NCBI GenBank assembly: GCA_964016885.1
Contig: OZ024740.1
Coordinates: 52,452,001-52,516,000, forward strand
From: Eledone cirrhosa
Taxonomy: Eukaryota
Length of the DNA: 64,000 nucleotides
Direction: 5' to 3'
Shown here: positions 14,443 to 26,845 of the stretch, piece after piece
Numbering within the stretch: the first letter of the stretch is position 1
Layout of the letters: each line of letters begins with the position of its first letter
Made by a program: the position numbers and the translations under genes
The notes under the pieces: generated by a model
The model's input: the letters and a program-made list of their open reading frames with translations, nothing else
The model's database searches: none
What the model was told of the DNA's origin: nothing

Positions 14443-16770
14443 ATGTTTCTTTATTAGATACAGGGGCACAAAAGAAGGGGTCAAATACAAAGGGGGAAGT
14501 TTACATACAATAAAAACGTGTAAAATACTATTACAAATGCAATTTAAAAATCAATCGATTTTCCCCAATAAGGGGAGACATTACATATGGGTAACACATA
14601 CCCCCGAAAAAATGTGCAACCCTCATCTCCAGGAGTACGAAGAGTGAATACCTCTTTCCACTCTTCCTCTTTTTCCTCAACCTACAGCCTGATGTAGAGA
14701 GAAGGCCCATTCACTCGGGCCATTCTCGCCACTTTCACCCACCTTTCATAAAACTTGCTGGGGTACAGCACCTCTCTCTCCATCCTGATTCTTCTTCTAA
14801 AGTGGTATTTGAAAAAAAGAATCAGTTGTTGGCCGGAGAAAAAGGTGTCTGACCTCAGCCCTTTTAACCTTGTCCACCATACAACCTCTTTCGCCATAGC
14901 TATCACACAAAGGAAAACCGCCCCTCCTTCGTTTTTGAAGGAGGGTGGCGGTTTGATCATGACAATGGACTCGGTGGTCAACCCGATTGTTCCCACCCGC
15001 GACAATAGTCGTTCTACATAGCCTCACAAGTCGGTAACGCCCGGGCAGTGTACGAATGCGTGCGCGACGATTTCTTCGTCTCGTACGCATCTCGGACAGA
15101 TCTTTTTCGAAGGGTCCCTTCCCGGGTGCTCGTGTCTGTAGAGCTTGTCTCGAACTGGTAGAGCTCCTCGGTAGCACTGCCAGGCCAGGGACTTTTGGAA
15201 GTTGTCCATCGGTCCCGGCCGGAAGTCCTACCGAACAGACTGGCCAGTTCGTATTCCTCTACGCCTAGAGTTTCTCCGAGCGTGTCGTCGCACTTGCTGC
15301 GGAACAACCCTCTATAGAATGACGAAGTGGAGTCTCCACTGATCGCCGGGTCCGCCTGCCAGAGGGCTGTGAGCTCCTGAGCACATTCGATGTGCCAGGC
15401 GCCCAGTTTTCTCGGTCTTTGCTTGACCCAGGATTGCAGCTCGGTAAGCGAGACGAGTCTCGGAAAGGCTCGCCTCACAAACGAGGCCCACACCGGTTGA
15501 CCGGTGAGGAATACCTGGAGGTTCCGTAGCCTTAATGCGTATTTACGCATCTGCAGCCACGGCATCCCAGCCCTTCTTTCGAAGGGTGTTGATAGCAGAT
15601 GGATCTCCTCACCAAAGGAGCCCACTTCTTCCAAAGGAATTGGAAGAGTGCGCGCTCCATTTTGGTGAGCATTTCACCTGGGCAAGGCACGACAGTCAAG
15701 CAGTAATAGATGACTAACGCTATATAAGCGTTCGCCACCTCCGCCCGACCTTTCAGGGATAGTTTGCACTCGGCCCACTTCTGGGCTAGTCTAAACACCC
15801 TGTTCATTAGCTCACCCCAGTTCTTCTCCACCTGGAGCTCTGCTCCGAACCAAACCCGGAGCAGCTTCACCGGGCCCTCCGTCCGGCGTCTGACGACGCC
15901 ATCGGAATGCATCGGTTTGCCTCCCCACGATCCGAGTTGCAAACCGATGGACTTGTCCCGGTTCAGCTTCGCTCCTGTGAACCTTTCGTATTCCTTCAGT
16001 AAGGTGCCGACTTCCTCGATTTGCGAGGTGCTCGACACTATTACTGTCACGTCGTTGGCGTAGGCCGATGCCGCTTTCTGCAGTCCCGGTTCCAGAGGGA
16101 TGCCCTGCAATAGCTCCAACTTCCGCAGCAGTGGCTCGAGAGTCAGTACGTACAGAAGGGAGGTGAGAGACCATCCTGTCGGATGGATCGAGTGATATGG
16201 AACGGCTCCGAGAGGTAGCCGTTCACCTTGACCCTTGAGCAGATGTTGCTGCTATGCATTGCAGCAATCCAGCCCCTGAACACGGGTCCGAAGCCTGCCG
16301 CCTCGAGCACCGCATTCAGGTAACGATGGTCAACCCTATCGAAAGCCTTAGACTGATCCAAGTTGATCAGGGTCCCACCGAAGTCGGTTTACACCCTAGC
16401 CTCTCTACGATGTATCGCATGAGGTGGAGGTTGTCGTGTATGGACCTGGTCGGGATTGCGCATGTCTGCGCTTCTCCCACCAGGTTTTTGACGTCAAACG
16501 CCAGCCTCTTTGCCAACACCTTGGCCAAAATCTGTAACTCTGTGTTTAGTAGAGTTATGGGCCGGAAGTTGCCTATGTCATCCCCCTTATTCTCGTCCTT
16601 CCTGACTAGCGTGACTACGCCTTGGTCACACAACTGGGAATTCTCCCGTTCTGCTGCCAGTTGCAGTAGAAGGGTGCTGACAGCAGACGGATCTGCTCAC
16701 CAGTGGAGCCTGCTTCTTCCAAAGGAACTGGAAGAGCATGCGTTCCAAGTTGGTGAGATGTTCACGAGAT
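14443..16770 (-). mobile_element. Tx1/L1-clade LINE, 5'-truncated copy (RT to 3' end)
   Basis: FRPITLLN, KAFDRVD, SAYANDV, CPRC..EE..HAFVHC; flanked by (GATA)n and (GGTA)n(GATA)n. Confidence 0.9.
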
Positions 16771-16778
16771 ATGTTGGT

Positions 16779-16860
16779 GGGTAGGTAGGTAGGTAGGTAG
16801 GTAGGTAGGTAGGTAGGTAGGTAGGTAGGCAGAGAGATTGATTGATAAGTCGATAGATAA

Positions 16861-16900
<40 letters not shown>

Positions 16901-16902
16901 TG

Positions 16903-16962
<60 letters not shown>
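16779..16962. repeat. Compound microsatellite (GGTA)n(GATA)n(GA)n
   Basis: Directly visible. Confidence 0.93.
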
Positions 16963-16965
<3 letters not shown>

Positions 16966-17592
16966 TCTGGTTACTTGGAGTGTTGCACATAAAATATTTC
17001 TTGGTTTCATTGTATCCAATCCATTCAAAATGTATTCTCTAAGGAGGCCGTAGGTGTACTGTAATTCTATTACATTGTATTAAATACATACCATGGCTTT
17101 CGTCATCAACTGATCTTCCTTTACTTCTCATACCAACCCTCTATGTTTCAGTGATTTCATTTGTATTTAATATTTGTTCAAATTATCTGTGAACAATGAG
17201 ATGGCTTTCCATATATTTAAAGTTTTTTAATATTTCTATATTTCTATTTAAATTTTAGCTACTAAAGGAGGAAAAAAAATAAAGTATGCGACCTTTTGTT
17301 TTATGTCGGTAAATATTATTATTATTTTTTATTTTGTTTTTATTTATACAGAAATTTTAAAACAATCAAATATATATTATAAAAAATAATGTTAATAAAG
17401 TGACAACATAGGAGATAAATGTCGGATCCAAAAATATATATTCCTAAAAACATTGTCAAAATATGTTTCACGAAATATATATAGAGATAGAGAGAGGGGA
17501 AGAAGAAGAAGAAGAAGAAGAAGAAGAAGAAGAGGTCTTTGATGTCCCAAGTAATTTTCAATAAGGAGTTTCTTTCCACCTACCCTATATAT

Positions 17593-17799
17593 AATGAAAG
17601 AAGTGTGGTAAGGAACCAGATGGACCATAACGCACTAGAGTACTCAATACTTAGGGTAGTAGAGTGGGTAATAGGAAAATGTTCAAGACCCCGACGACAG
17701 AGCTCAAGTCGTTTCGACGGCTATTTCTGAACTAAATAGTCCAGAAATAGCCGTCGAAACGGCTTGAGCTCTGCCGTCAGGGTCTAGAACATTTTCCTA
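17593..17799 (-). mobile_element. Hairpin+tail element, copy B
   Basis: Tail 17593-17672 plus near-perfect palindrome 17673-17798; ends in TA. Confidence 0.88.
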
Positions 17800-18112
17800 T
17801 ATATATATATATTAAGAGTTTAGATCGATTGTTCGCTCAGTGGGATTAACGTGTAAGTAAGTGACTTTTCGACAGACACGTGTACTCTTATCGTAATTTT
17901 CAAGGAGATTCAGTTTGATACAGTATATGATAAGGCTCGCCTCTTTTGAATAACAGATACAGTCCACCCAACGAGCTTCCTATAGTTTAACAGTCAATGT
18001 CTCCCACGGACATTATTTAGAGTTCCCTAGACACAAGCACTTACCACCACTTTATATTTCCGTAGAAAATGGGACGTTTGAGTCACCATCGACCAGAAAG
18101 AAAACTCCTTAA

Positions 18113-18281
18113 TAATTGTTTCTACTTTTGGCACAAGGCCAGCAATTATCCCAGTGCATTACTGGTATTTTATGTTATCGACCTCATAAGGATGAAAGGC
18201 AAAGTTAACCTCGGTGGGATTTGAACTCAGACCGTAAATGAGCGTAACTCTATGCTGCAAAGCATAGCATTCGACCCTCTA
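18113..18281 (-). mobile_element. Nin-domain tRNA SINE
   Basis: Same consensus as 4083-4267. Confidence 0.83.
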
Positions 18282-18741
18282 GCGTTGTAAACAGAGCTCC
18301 CACAGGATATGCCAAGTCACTTGACACAATTCGAAGTGGAAGGCTAACATATCGGAATTCTGCAAGGCGCAGCGGTGATAACACTGCTAAGGTTGCATTC
18401 CGTGCAGGGATGATGACACCTTGGTTCCCTCTGGAATTATACTTCATATATGATTTGAACTGGAACAAGATGAAAGTTTCAGATTAAAGAGGTATTATAT
18501 ATCCATATATACCATTGACTAACGCATGTGCATTCTCTACACGCTTGAATATGTACTTCATTCTCATTGCCTCTTTAATTATTAGACTATTCTCTTGTAT
18601 TGTTGTACAATTCTCGTATAATATATGTCGCATACATTACACCCTGTAAATACTAAACTGTTGTTCACAACATCAATATATATGTATCTATATGATTGTT
18701 CAGTTGAATAGGAGGTTAATTATATGTACAAACATTGATAA

Positions 18742-18787
18742 TGCTCCGATGATTCCAACTAAAGTTTGGAAGAAACCATTGTCAGCA
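18742..18787 (+). ncRNA. Type I hammerhead ribozyme, C4 core variant
   Basis: TGCT CCGATGA TTCCAA-ctaaagt-TTGGAA GAAA CCATTG TC AGCA. Confidence 0.72.
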
Positions 18788-18826
18788 AATAAATGATTTG
18801 AACATAACTTTGATACTTGTGTAATG

Positions 18827-18860
<34 letters not shown>

Positions 18861-18861
<1 letters not shown>

Positions 18862-19055
18862 GGAAAAGAGTCAGGACCCTGACGGCTGAGCTCCGGCCGT
18901 TTCGACAGCTAGATCCGAACTGTTCGGATCTAGCTTTAAAATGGCGGAGCTCAACCGTCGGGGTCCTGACTCTTTCCCTATTACCCACTCTACTACCCTA
19001 AGTATCGAGCACTCTGGTGCGTCATGGTCCACCTAGTTTCTTGCCACACTTTATT

Positions 19056-19058
<3 letters not shown>
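18861..19058 (+). mobile_element. Hairpin+tail element, copy C
   Basis: Palindrome 18861-18980 plus conserved tail; TA tracts on both sides. Confidence 0.88.
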
Positions 19059-19092
<34 letters not shown>

Positions 19093-19252
19093 TTGAGTTA
19101 ACCCAGGAGTATACTAACTGCTTTTTCTAGCAAATATGTTATTCGCTCACTGTCCACCTTACTACCCTTCTGTGACCACTGTGTTAATTTCTCCCTGCGC
19201 CTCTCGAGATATTCTCACTTGCTACGAAAGAAACAGTCCTTTTTTCTGAAGG

Positions 19253-19345
19253 GTCTCTTGATAAGCCGTATCAACCTCACAGCGATGATGCATTTTTATA
19301 GTGCAAAATACATTGCACACGGATCGGCGAAACTGCAGTCGGAAC
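19253..19345 (+). ncRNA. Hammerhead ribozyme, U3-A8 core variant, long stem II
   Basis: GTCTC TTGATAA GCCGtATC...GATCGGC GAAA CTGCAG TC GGAAC. Stem I has one mismatch. Lies in an island of about 300 bp between TA tracts. Confidence 0.62.
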
Positions 19346-19934
19346 TTTGAAGAAAACATAGGTACATTCTTGTTTATTATTTCCTCATATTTTGTAATTT
19401 ATATATATATATATATATAATACAGATGTGTGTGTGTGTGTGTGCGTGTGTGTGTTTCTCCTTTTTATGCCAAGGAATGGAGAGTACGAGACGGATGTAG
19501 TTCTCCAATCCGTAAATGGGATGGTGGGAGAGGTAGTAACTCTGAATAAGAACTGACTCAGGCAATGATGACCTGTTCAACAGATCTAAAGAAGAATAAA
19601 TTTTCCCATCATATATGAAAACATAATGATACACTAATGACGAGTGAAATTTAAATACTATTAAAACAACCTGGATATGAATACATATGTATAAAGAATT
19701 GTATGCCATAGGTTTAGGCAACATATACTTAGTGTCACTGTGATTACCTGTAGTTCGTATCACTGAAACTTCAGTAGTTAAATGAGGATTGAGCAACTAG
19801 TTTCTTCTTTCTTAGGACTTATAAATCACAATTGAAAAGGAAGATAAGCTATACATGTTGAATCTTACAAAGAGTAGTTGAACGATTCACGCACATACAC
19901 ACACACACACATACATACATATATATATGTGTGT

Positions 19935-20124
19935 GTGTGTGTGTGTATGTATGTATATATATATACATGTGTATATGTGTGTGTAAAAACGGATATGTAT
20001 ATATATACATGTGTATATGTGTGTATAAAACAGATATGTATATATATATACATGTATATATATACATATATATATATACATGTGTATATGTGTGTATAAA
20101 AACAGATATGTATATATATACATG

Positions 20125-20156
<32 letters not shown>

Positions 20157-20204
20157 CATGTGTATATGTGTGTGTATAAAAACAGATATGTATATATATA
20201 CATG

Positions 20205-20263
<59 letters not shown>

Positions 20264-20270
20264 ATGTATG

Positions 20271-20307
<37 letters not shown>

Positions 20308-20345
20308 GTGTGTATATGTGTGTATATAAACGGATATGTATATTT
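19935..20345. repeat. Minisatellite of about 40-60 bp units built from TA/TG repeats
   Basis: Recurring GTGTATAAAAACAGATATGTATATATATACATG. Confidence 0.85.
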
Positions 20346-20568
20346 ATACATGCATATATATATGTGTGTGTGTGTACGTATGCATACTTACTTTTATATA
20401 AATCGTTTTTTAATTTGTTTTGCAAGATTTTTTGCAAACGTTTTGAAACAGATTGTTATATTTGGGAGGGTCAAGCTGCCAATAAAAACACACGCACCTG
20501 ATAGTTTCACTTCAATTTATTATAAATTTCCGGTTGTTTGGTTCAATAACCGGATGGTTGTTAATATA

Positions 20569-20615
20569 TTGTCAAAGCTCTTTCGTCACACATTCTGTGA
20601 CCTCCTCAATGACAA
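20569..20615 (-). ncRNA. Type I hammerhead ribozyme, U3 variant
   Basis: Minus strand: TTGTCA TTGAGGA g GTCACA-gaatg-TGTGAC GAAA GAGC TT TGACAA; 6-bp stems I and II. Confidence 0.65.
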
Positions 20616-20796
20616 ATTTCTTATTTTGTGTCTCTCCTTCGTTCTGTCCTACACCATCTTGTGTTTGTGTGTTGTCTACTGAGGAGGTCATGGTTTCCGA
20701 GTCTCTTGTTCTGAATGTCCCTAGAATCCAACCCACCAGTAGTCATCTTTTTGATGATGTATGAATAAAACGATGCATCATTGCTCATCTCAATAA

Positions 20797-20840
<44 letters not shown>

Positions 20841-21149
20841 TTCAAGAGTAACCAATCTTAAAGAGAGAGATGGAGATAGGAGAGGAGATAGGAGATAGGA
20901 GAGGAGAGATTGGTGAATTAGTTAGAAGCCAAAGCATAAAGGCATGTGCTCAATGTGCAATATGCAGTGGAAGGCAACTAGGTGGCTGGGTTCATGCAGA
21001 GGTTAGGTGCACAGAGCTGAAAATATTCATTAGTTAAGCAAAACAAGACCACAAATTTCACAAGGAAGACATTATTAAAAGATTGTCAACATATTTTAGT
21101 TTGATGTAAGGAATGTAGAGAATAATAATAATAATATTAATAATAATAA

Positions 21150-21265
21150 TAATTGTTTCTACGTTAGGCACAAGGCCAGCAATTACCCAGTGCATTACTG
21201 GTACTTTATTTTATCGACCCCGTAAGGATGAAAGGCAAAGTTAACCTTGCCGGGATTTGAACTCA
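21150..21265 (-). mobile_element. Nin-domain SINE, truncated, inserted in the PLE left arm
   Basis: SINE consensus inside an (AAT)n run; absent from the right arm. Confidence 0.83.
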
Positions 21266-21292
21266 TTATTAATAATAATAATAATAATGTCC

Positions 21293-21411
21293 GTTTACAA
21301 TTGTTTCGCTACTCCATATAATATTTCTGGATCAAATGATTATATATCATTATTGATCTGGTTCAGTTGAACATAATTAACATAGGTAGAAATAGAGCAG
21401 CTCATCGGAAC
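21293..21411 (-). ncRNA. Hammerhead ribozyme, C4 variant with extended stem II
   Basis: Reverse-complement copy of 24063-24181. Confidence 0.68.
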
Positions 21412-22984
21412 TTCAAAATGAATATAAATTAAAATAAGGAAAGAATGTTACATAAATGTAATGTTCCATATGTTGGTATTTCACTATGGTTGTCTGCCAT
21501 AGTGGAGCAGAATTCTTCTGTCGAGGCTGCATTGTGTGAGATCTGCCTATGGGTAACAAGATGGCCGCCAATGGACATATTTACCTTACTAATTAGAGGG
21601 TGGTTTCAGGGGAAGTAACTCCTCGAGAGATTAGAAATTGTGGATAATTTATAGTTAAGTGCTAATTTTTTAATTTTTTAATTGAGAGACAATGTAAGGG
21701 AGGTAACTTATAATTAGCTAAGTTAGTTATAGCTATTTAACTTATTAGCTACAAGTAAAAATGGGGCTAGATGACTATGTTGGGTCAAATATTCTATTGG
21801 CGAAGGAATTAGCCCTTCGATGTTGACAGCTAATAGTTACCTCCGTTCTATCGTTAATCGGTAGAGGTCGTGATAGAGTTATGTAATATGCTTCGGTAAG
21901 ACAGAGGTCACAAGATTTCTTCGTCCATTGAACGGTTGGGCCCTAGCCAAGATATCCCATGTTAGTGAGTGTTCAATGTTGGTTAATTTAAGGTTTTTAA
22001 TGAGCCTAGCTAGAGATGTCGAACATCTGTTGTTAGGGTCTCGGAATGAAAAAGAGTGCGCGTTATAGCGTACCTTAAAAGGGTTAGAGCTAGACCCGAT
22101 ACATGAGCTGGTCTGCGAAGCAGTTTTAACCGTGCACCTATAGACTATGTTGGGTGTCAGGCAATGTCCACTTAGTGGGCATGCATTAGGGTAACGGCAG
22201 TTGCAGTTACTTCTGCGGATAGTGAGAGTAGGGTTGTTTAACCTAAGCGGTTGGTCAGTGCAGAAGGATTAGATGGGGGAGGTGTGCTACTAGAGTAATT
22301 ATTGGTGTAGTGGCGTGGTATATTTGATGGAGGGGTACCGCGGTGTGGGAGTTATACTGTCTTAGTTTATGATGGTTACTGAATGCGATGTGGCTAGCTA
22401 GGTTAGGTGTTGTGGAGAATGAGATTTTAATGTTATTTTTATTAAAGAGTTTGTAATATCTATGGTTGGGGGGTGGGTGTTTAGATAGGATAGAGAAGAA
22501 GCGTTTAGGTATATTAGTGGCTAGATTAGATGAGAATGGGGGGTTAAGCCAGGTGATATTTCTAGGCCTATTCCTTCTAGGGGTTCTAGTGGAGTTAGTA
22601 GGGCCTTCATAGGGTTATTATTACCTGGGCATTTGTTATTTGTCATCCCATTGCTCATTCCTATTCTAGGGTTGATTTTTAATTTGCTACTTGGAGTGGG
22701 GAGCAGGCCACTGCCACCATTAAGGTTCCCTGTATAAGTGCTAAAATTCCGGCGAATCTGGCTATATACTAAGGTATTTCTAGTTCTAGTGTTAAGTTTA
22801 TTATGGTTGTGGTGAATTGCTGTGTTATGGCATTTAGGTATGTAGTAAATGGACTTTTCATAACCAGATTCAGAAAGAGCCTTATTATAATATGTTGCAT
22901 GGTTTATAAATATCTCCTCATTTGCTGATATATATATAGATATATGAGATAGATTTGATTACTGCTCTGATGACTGACTCGATG

Positions 22985-24306
22985 CATTGACTTGCTCAAA
23001 AAACAATTACACAGATTCTTTAAAAATAACGGTCTCTCTATCACCATCGAGCCGAACCATAAAGTAGTAAACTTCCTAGACGTTACCCTGGATCTTAACA
23101 ATAACCTATATTATCCTTACCATAACCCAGGTGAAATACTTACATATATTAGCCCACACTCTAACCACCCACCGGCAGTTATCAGAGCAGTAATCAAATC
23201 TATCTCATATAGGATCTCCATGCTATCAGCAAATGAGGAGATATTTATAAACCATGCAGCATATAATAAGGCTCTTTCTGAATCTGGTTATGAAAAGTCC
23301 ATTTACTACATACCTAAATGCCATAACACAACAATTCCCCACAACCATAATAAACTTAACACTAGAACTAGAAATAACTTAGCATATAGCCAGATTCGCC
23401 GTAATTTTAGCAGTAACAGCACTTTTACAGGGAACCTTAATGGTGGAAGTGGCCTGCTTCCCACTCCAAGTAGCCAATTAAAAATCAACCCTAGAATATG
23501 AATGAGCAATGGGATTACAAATAACAAATGGACGAAGAAAATCTTGTGACCTCTGTCTTACCGAAGCATATTACATAACTCTATCACGACCTCTACCGAT
23601 TAACGATAGAACGGAGGTAACTATTAGCTGTCAACACCGAAGGGCTAATTCCTTCGCCAACAGAATATTTGACCCAACATAGTCATCTAGCCCCATTTTT
23701 ACTTGTAGCTAATAAGTTAAATAGCTATAACTAACTTAGATAATTATAAGTTACCTCCCTTACATTGTCTCTCAATTAAAAAATTAAAAAATTAGCACTT
23801 AACTATAAACTACCCACAATTTCTAATCTCTCGAGGAGTTACTTCCCCTGAAACCACCCTCTAATTAGTAAGGTAAATATGTCCATTGGTGGCCATCTTG
23901 TTACCCATAGGCAGATCTCACACAATGCATCCTCGACAGAAGAATACTGCTCCACTATGGCAGACAATTGATATACCCAGGACACCATAGTGAAATACCA
24001 ACATGTGGAACATTACATTTATGTAACATTCTTTCCTTATTTTAATTTATATTCCTTTTGAAGTTCCGATGAGCTGCTCTATTTCTACCTATGTTAATTA
24101 TTTTCAACTGAATCAGATCAATAATGATATATAATCATTTGATCCAGAAATATTATATGGAGTAGCGAAACAATTGTAAACGGACATTATTATTATTAAT
24201 ATTATTATTATTATTCTCTACATTGCTTACATCAAACTAAAATATGTTGACAATCTTTTAATAATGTCTTCCTTGTGAAATTTGTGGTCTTGTTTTGCTT
24301 AACTAA

Positions 24307-24311
<5 letters not shown>
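22985..24311 (+). mobile_element. Penelope-like element, right arm (RT C-terminus, GIY-YIG deleted, tail)
   Basis: ORF 22992-23501 has PLE RT motifs GLSITIE..KVVNFLDVTLDL..YYPYHNP..YISPHSNHPP; ends in a TA tract. Confidence 0.88.
24063..24181 (+). ncRNA. Hammerhead ribozyme, C4 variant with extended stem II
   Basis: GTT CCGATGA GCTGCTCTAT...(about 74 nt)...ATGGAGTAGC GAAA CAATTG TA AAC; 10-bp stem II including G-U pairs; palindromic stem III. Confidence 0.68.
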
Positions 24312-24359
<48 letters not shown>

Positions 24360-24425
24360 AAAAGGATGATATAAAGGGGGTTTGAAAAGCGCACATTGTA
24401 TATATATATATATATACATATATAT

Positions 24426-24515
24426 GACTCTTTTCCTATTACCTACTCTACTACCCAAAGTATCGAGTACTCTGGTGCGTTATGGTCCAACTGGTTCCTT
24501 ACCACACTCCCTTTG

Positions 24516-24517
<2 letters not shown>
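24426..24517 (+). mobile_element. Hairpin+tail family, tail-only copy D
   Basis: Conserved tail without the palindrome, between TA tracts. Confidence 0.85.
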
Positions 24518-24559
<42 letters not shown>

Positions 24560-26263
24560 GAACTTTATAACATGGACAAATAATTGATGCTTAGCAAAGT
24601 TTGCTTTCTCCCTGTTGGATGATCAAAACAATTGTTATTTGGTTAAATTGTTTTTTCTCGTTAAAACTCTTGTATGCTGAGTCTCGATCATATTGGATTG
24701 GGTCGCTTCTGTAAGGAATGCAACTGATTTTATCATTGTCGTTTGTGTGTAGAAAAGTTATAATCTAGGACAAGGGGCGTAAGTCTACCTTCCTTTAACG
24801 TTGAAAAATTAAATTATGTTGCGTGTTCAATCTCGGTTTGAGTTTTCTAATAAAGATTCTCTCAGTATTAATTCCACAAAGCAGGCAATGCGGTCAGTGG
24901 AAGTTCTATAGATGCTTAGTGGTGGACAAGTGCGACGTGAAGGCCCTTGTCGCCAATAAAGAAATTATTATTATTATTATTTACTACAACAACTACTACT
25001 GCTACTACTATCTTAATCGTTTAATGAGTACATTTCATAAGTGGAGTATGTATTTTTATTGTTGTTATTACTGTTGCTGTTTTTGTTGTTGATGTGGCAG
25101 TTGATCTTTTTTATTTGTTGCCATTGCTGTTCTTTCTTGTCATTATTGGTCTAACACTGTTGCTGTTATTAACGTTGTTCGCTGGTGTACTTGTTCAGCC
25201 CCTGATCAGCTGTGATTGGACGGACTGCAACCGTAAACACCCTGTCCTATTTCTTAGACGTGGTGTCTCTTAAACTATGTTATCCGATATCTGTTCCTTT
25301 TTTAAAGAAGGGTAAGTGGGGTTTCAATGAGTTCTGGCTGTTATTTCAGCAGGCTGAAAGTGTAATACTAAACCGATCCCATTTATCGCTATAAAAAATT
25401 TAAAGAAGGATCCCTTGTGTTGTGATTGATACAGTAAGTTGTCATAATAAGTTCTATTATAGAGTTATTATAAGGTACTCAGTGATGTCTACTGCCAGAA
25501 AAACTATTAGTAAAGTGGGCACTAACATACAATGAACCAAAAGGTTTTAATTAATTAAAATTATATTCGTAGCGAGGAGAAACAATCTTTATCTTAATGC
25601 CTAACTCTGGTGAAGAAAGTCAGATGAGACAACTGTGGAATTTAAATAATTTAAAATGAAATAGAAAAGAATGCAATAAAAATAGAATGCAATGGGAAGT
25701 CAGTTTAGTAGTACGGTGGTAGAGTTATCAGAGTACTCGGTGATTAAAATAGCGAGCTTGACTAAAGTATGGTACGTATTTATATTCATTTTTTACCAGG
25801 TTATTTGTGAGTTAGGAAACTTTTCTGTCAACATAGATCGATGGCGAGATACGAAACTTTGAACGACAGTTCGACATTCTATCGATTCGACGAATGGCGA
25901 TACTTTACTAATGCGATAAACAAAATGAAACCTCAGCTAAACTAAGATTGAACTGATTTTGTTTATATTTCATTCACAATCTGATGACCTCGATATCATA
26001 ATTACACGTATATAAGCATAACACCTGAATACAACTGTAATTGAAGTATTAATTTGACTCCTTTTAAGCGTATTGTTTACCAGGTCTGGGTTTCTAAATA
26101 AAGCGCTAATATTCATTAATTATATACTATGTATATACTATACATTTAATTGCATACTCTGCGTAATTAGCATTAACTGTTCTGGTTTAAAGGGAAGAGT
26201 TTTGCACTCACTGAACCATTGGGTATTTTCTGGCTTATTTTCGTAGAGATCGCGTGTCATAAT

Positions 26264-26483
26264 GATTTCTAGTATAGGCACAAGGCCAGTAATTTGGGGG
26301 GAGGGGAGAGTCGATTAAATCGACACCAGTACGTTACTGGTACTTTATTTTATCGACCCCGTAAGGATGAAAGGCAAAGTTAACCTCGGCGGGATTTGAA
26401 CTCAGATCATAAAGGGCCGTAACTCTGTGCTGCAAAGCATGGCGTTCGACCCTCTACCGATACTACCAATCCACCGCTCTCCT
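26264..26483 (-). mobile_element. Full-length Nin-domain tRNA SINE with 14-bp target site duplication
   Basis: TSD TCGCGTGTCATAAT at 26250-26263 and 26484-26497. Confidence 0.92.
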
Positions 26484-26699
26484 TCGCGTGTCATAATCAA
26501 AGCGATGATACATTTTTCACACAGACACAGTCAATACCGTCCGAAGGTACGATGGTTCATTTCCCATTAGGCTTTCTGTTTAATGCTGAAACAACTTAAT
26601 ATTTATTAGCTGACTAAGCACATAGGAGTCGATTGACTTTCATCAAATCGGACCGAGGAAATAATGTTTCCATTTGTCTTTCCAATTGCTAATACTATC

Positions 26700-26845
26700 T
26701 ATTGGTCGCAACTCCAAGTAGAAGGAGCAACGTGAAATAAAGTGTCTTGCTCAAGGACATAACGCATCAGCCGGTCCAGGAATCGAACTCACAACCTCCC
26801 GATTGTGAATCCTATTCGCTACCCACTCAGCCACGCGCCTTCACA
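26700..26845 (-). mobile_element. Second tRNA-derived SINE family, 5' part
   Basis: Minus strand TGGCTGAGTGG A box, GAGTTCGATTCC B box, then GTCCTTGAGCAAGACACTT. Confidence 0.75.

Larger units (their letters stand above)
21023..22975 (-). mobile_element. Penelope-like element, inverted left arm (RT end, GIY-YIG, tail)
   Basis: Minus-strand translation near 22210-22000: CNCRYPNACPLSGHCLTPNIVYRCTVK...SCIGSSSNPFKVRYNAHSFSF. Reverse complement of 23180-24311. The tail may extend to about 20840. Confidence 0.88.

Noticed and set aside
19849-20682. Many long YI/HT/CV-rich ORFs here and elsewhere
   Set aside because: Translations of TA/CA/TG microsatellites.
25981-25990. Isolated CTGATGA
   Set aside because: No stem II, GAAA or stem I partner nearby.
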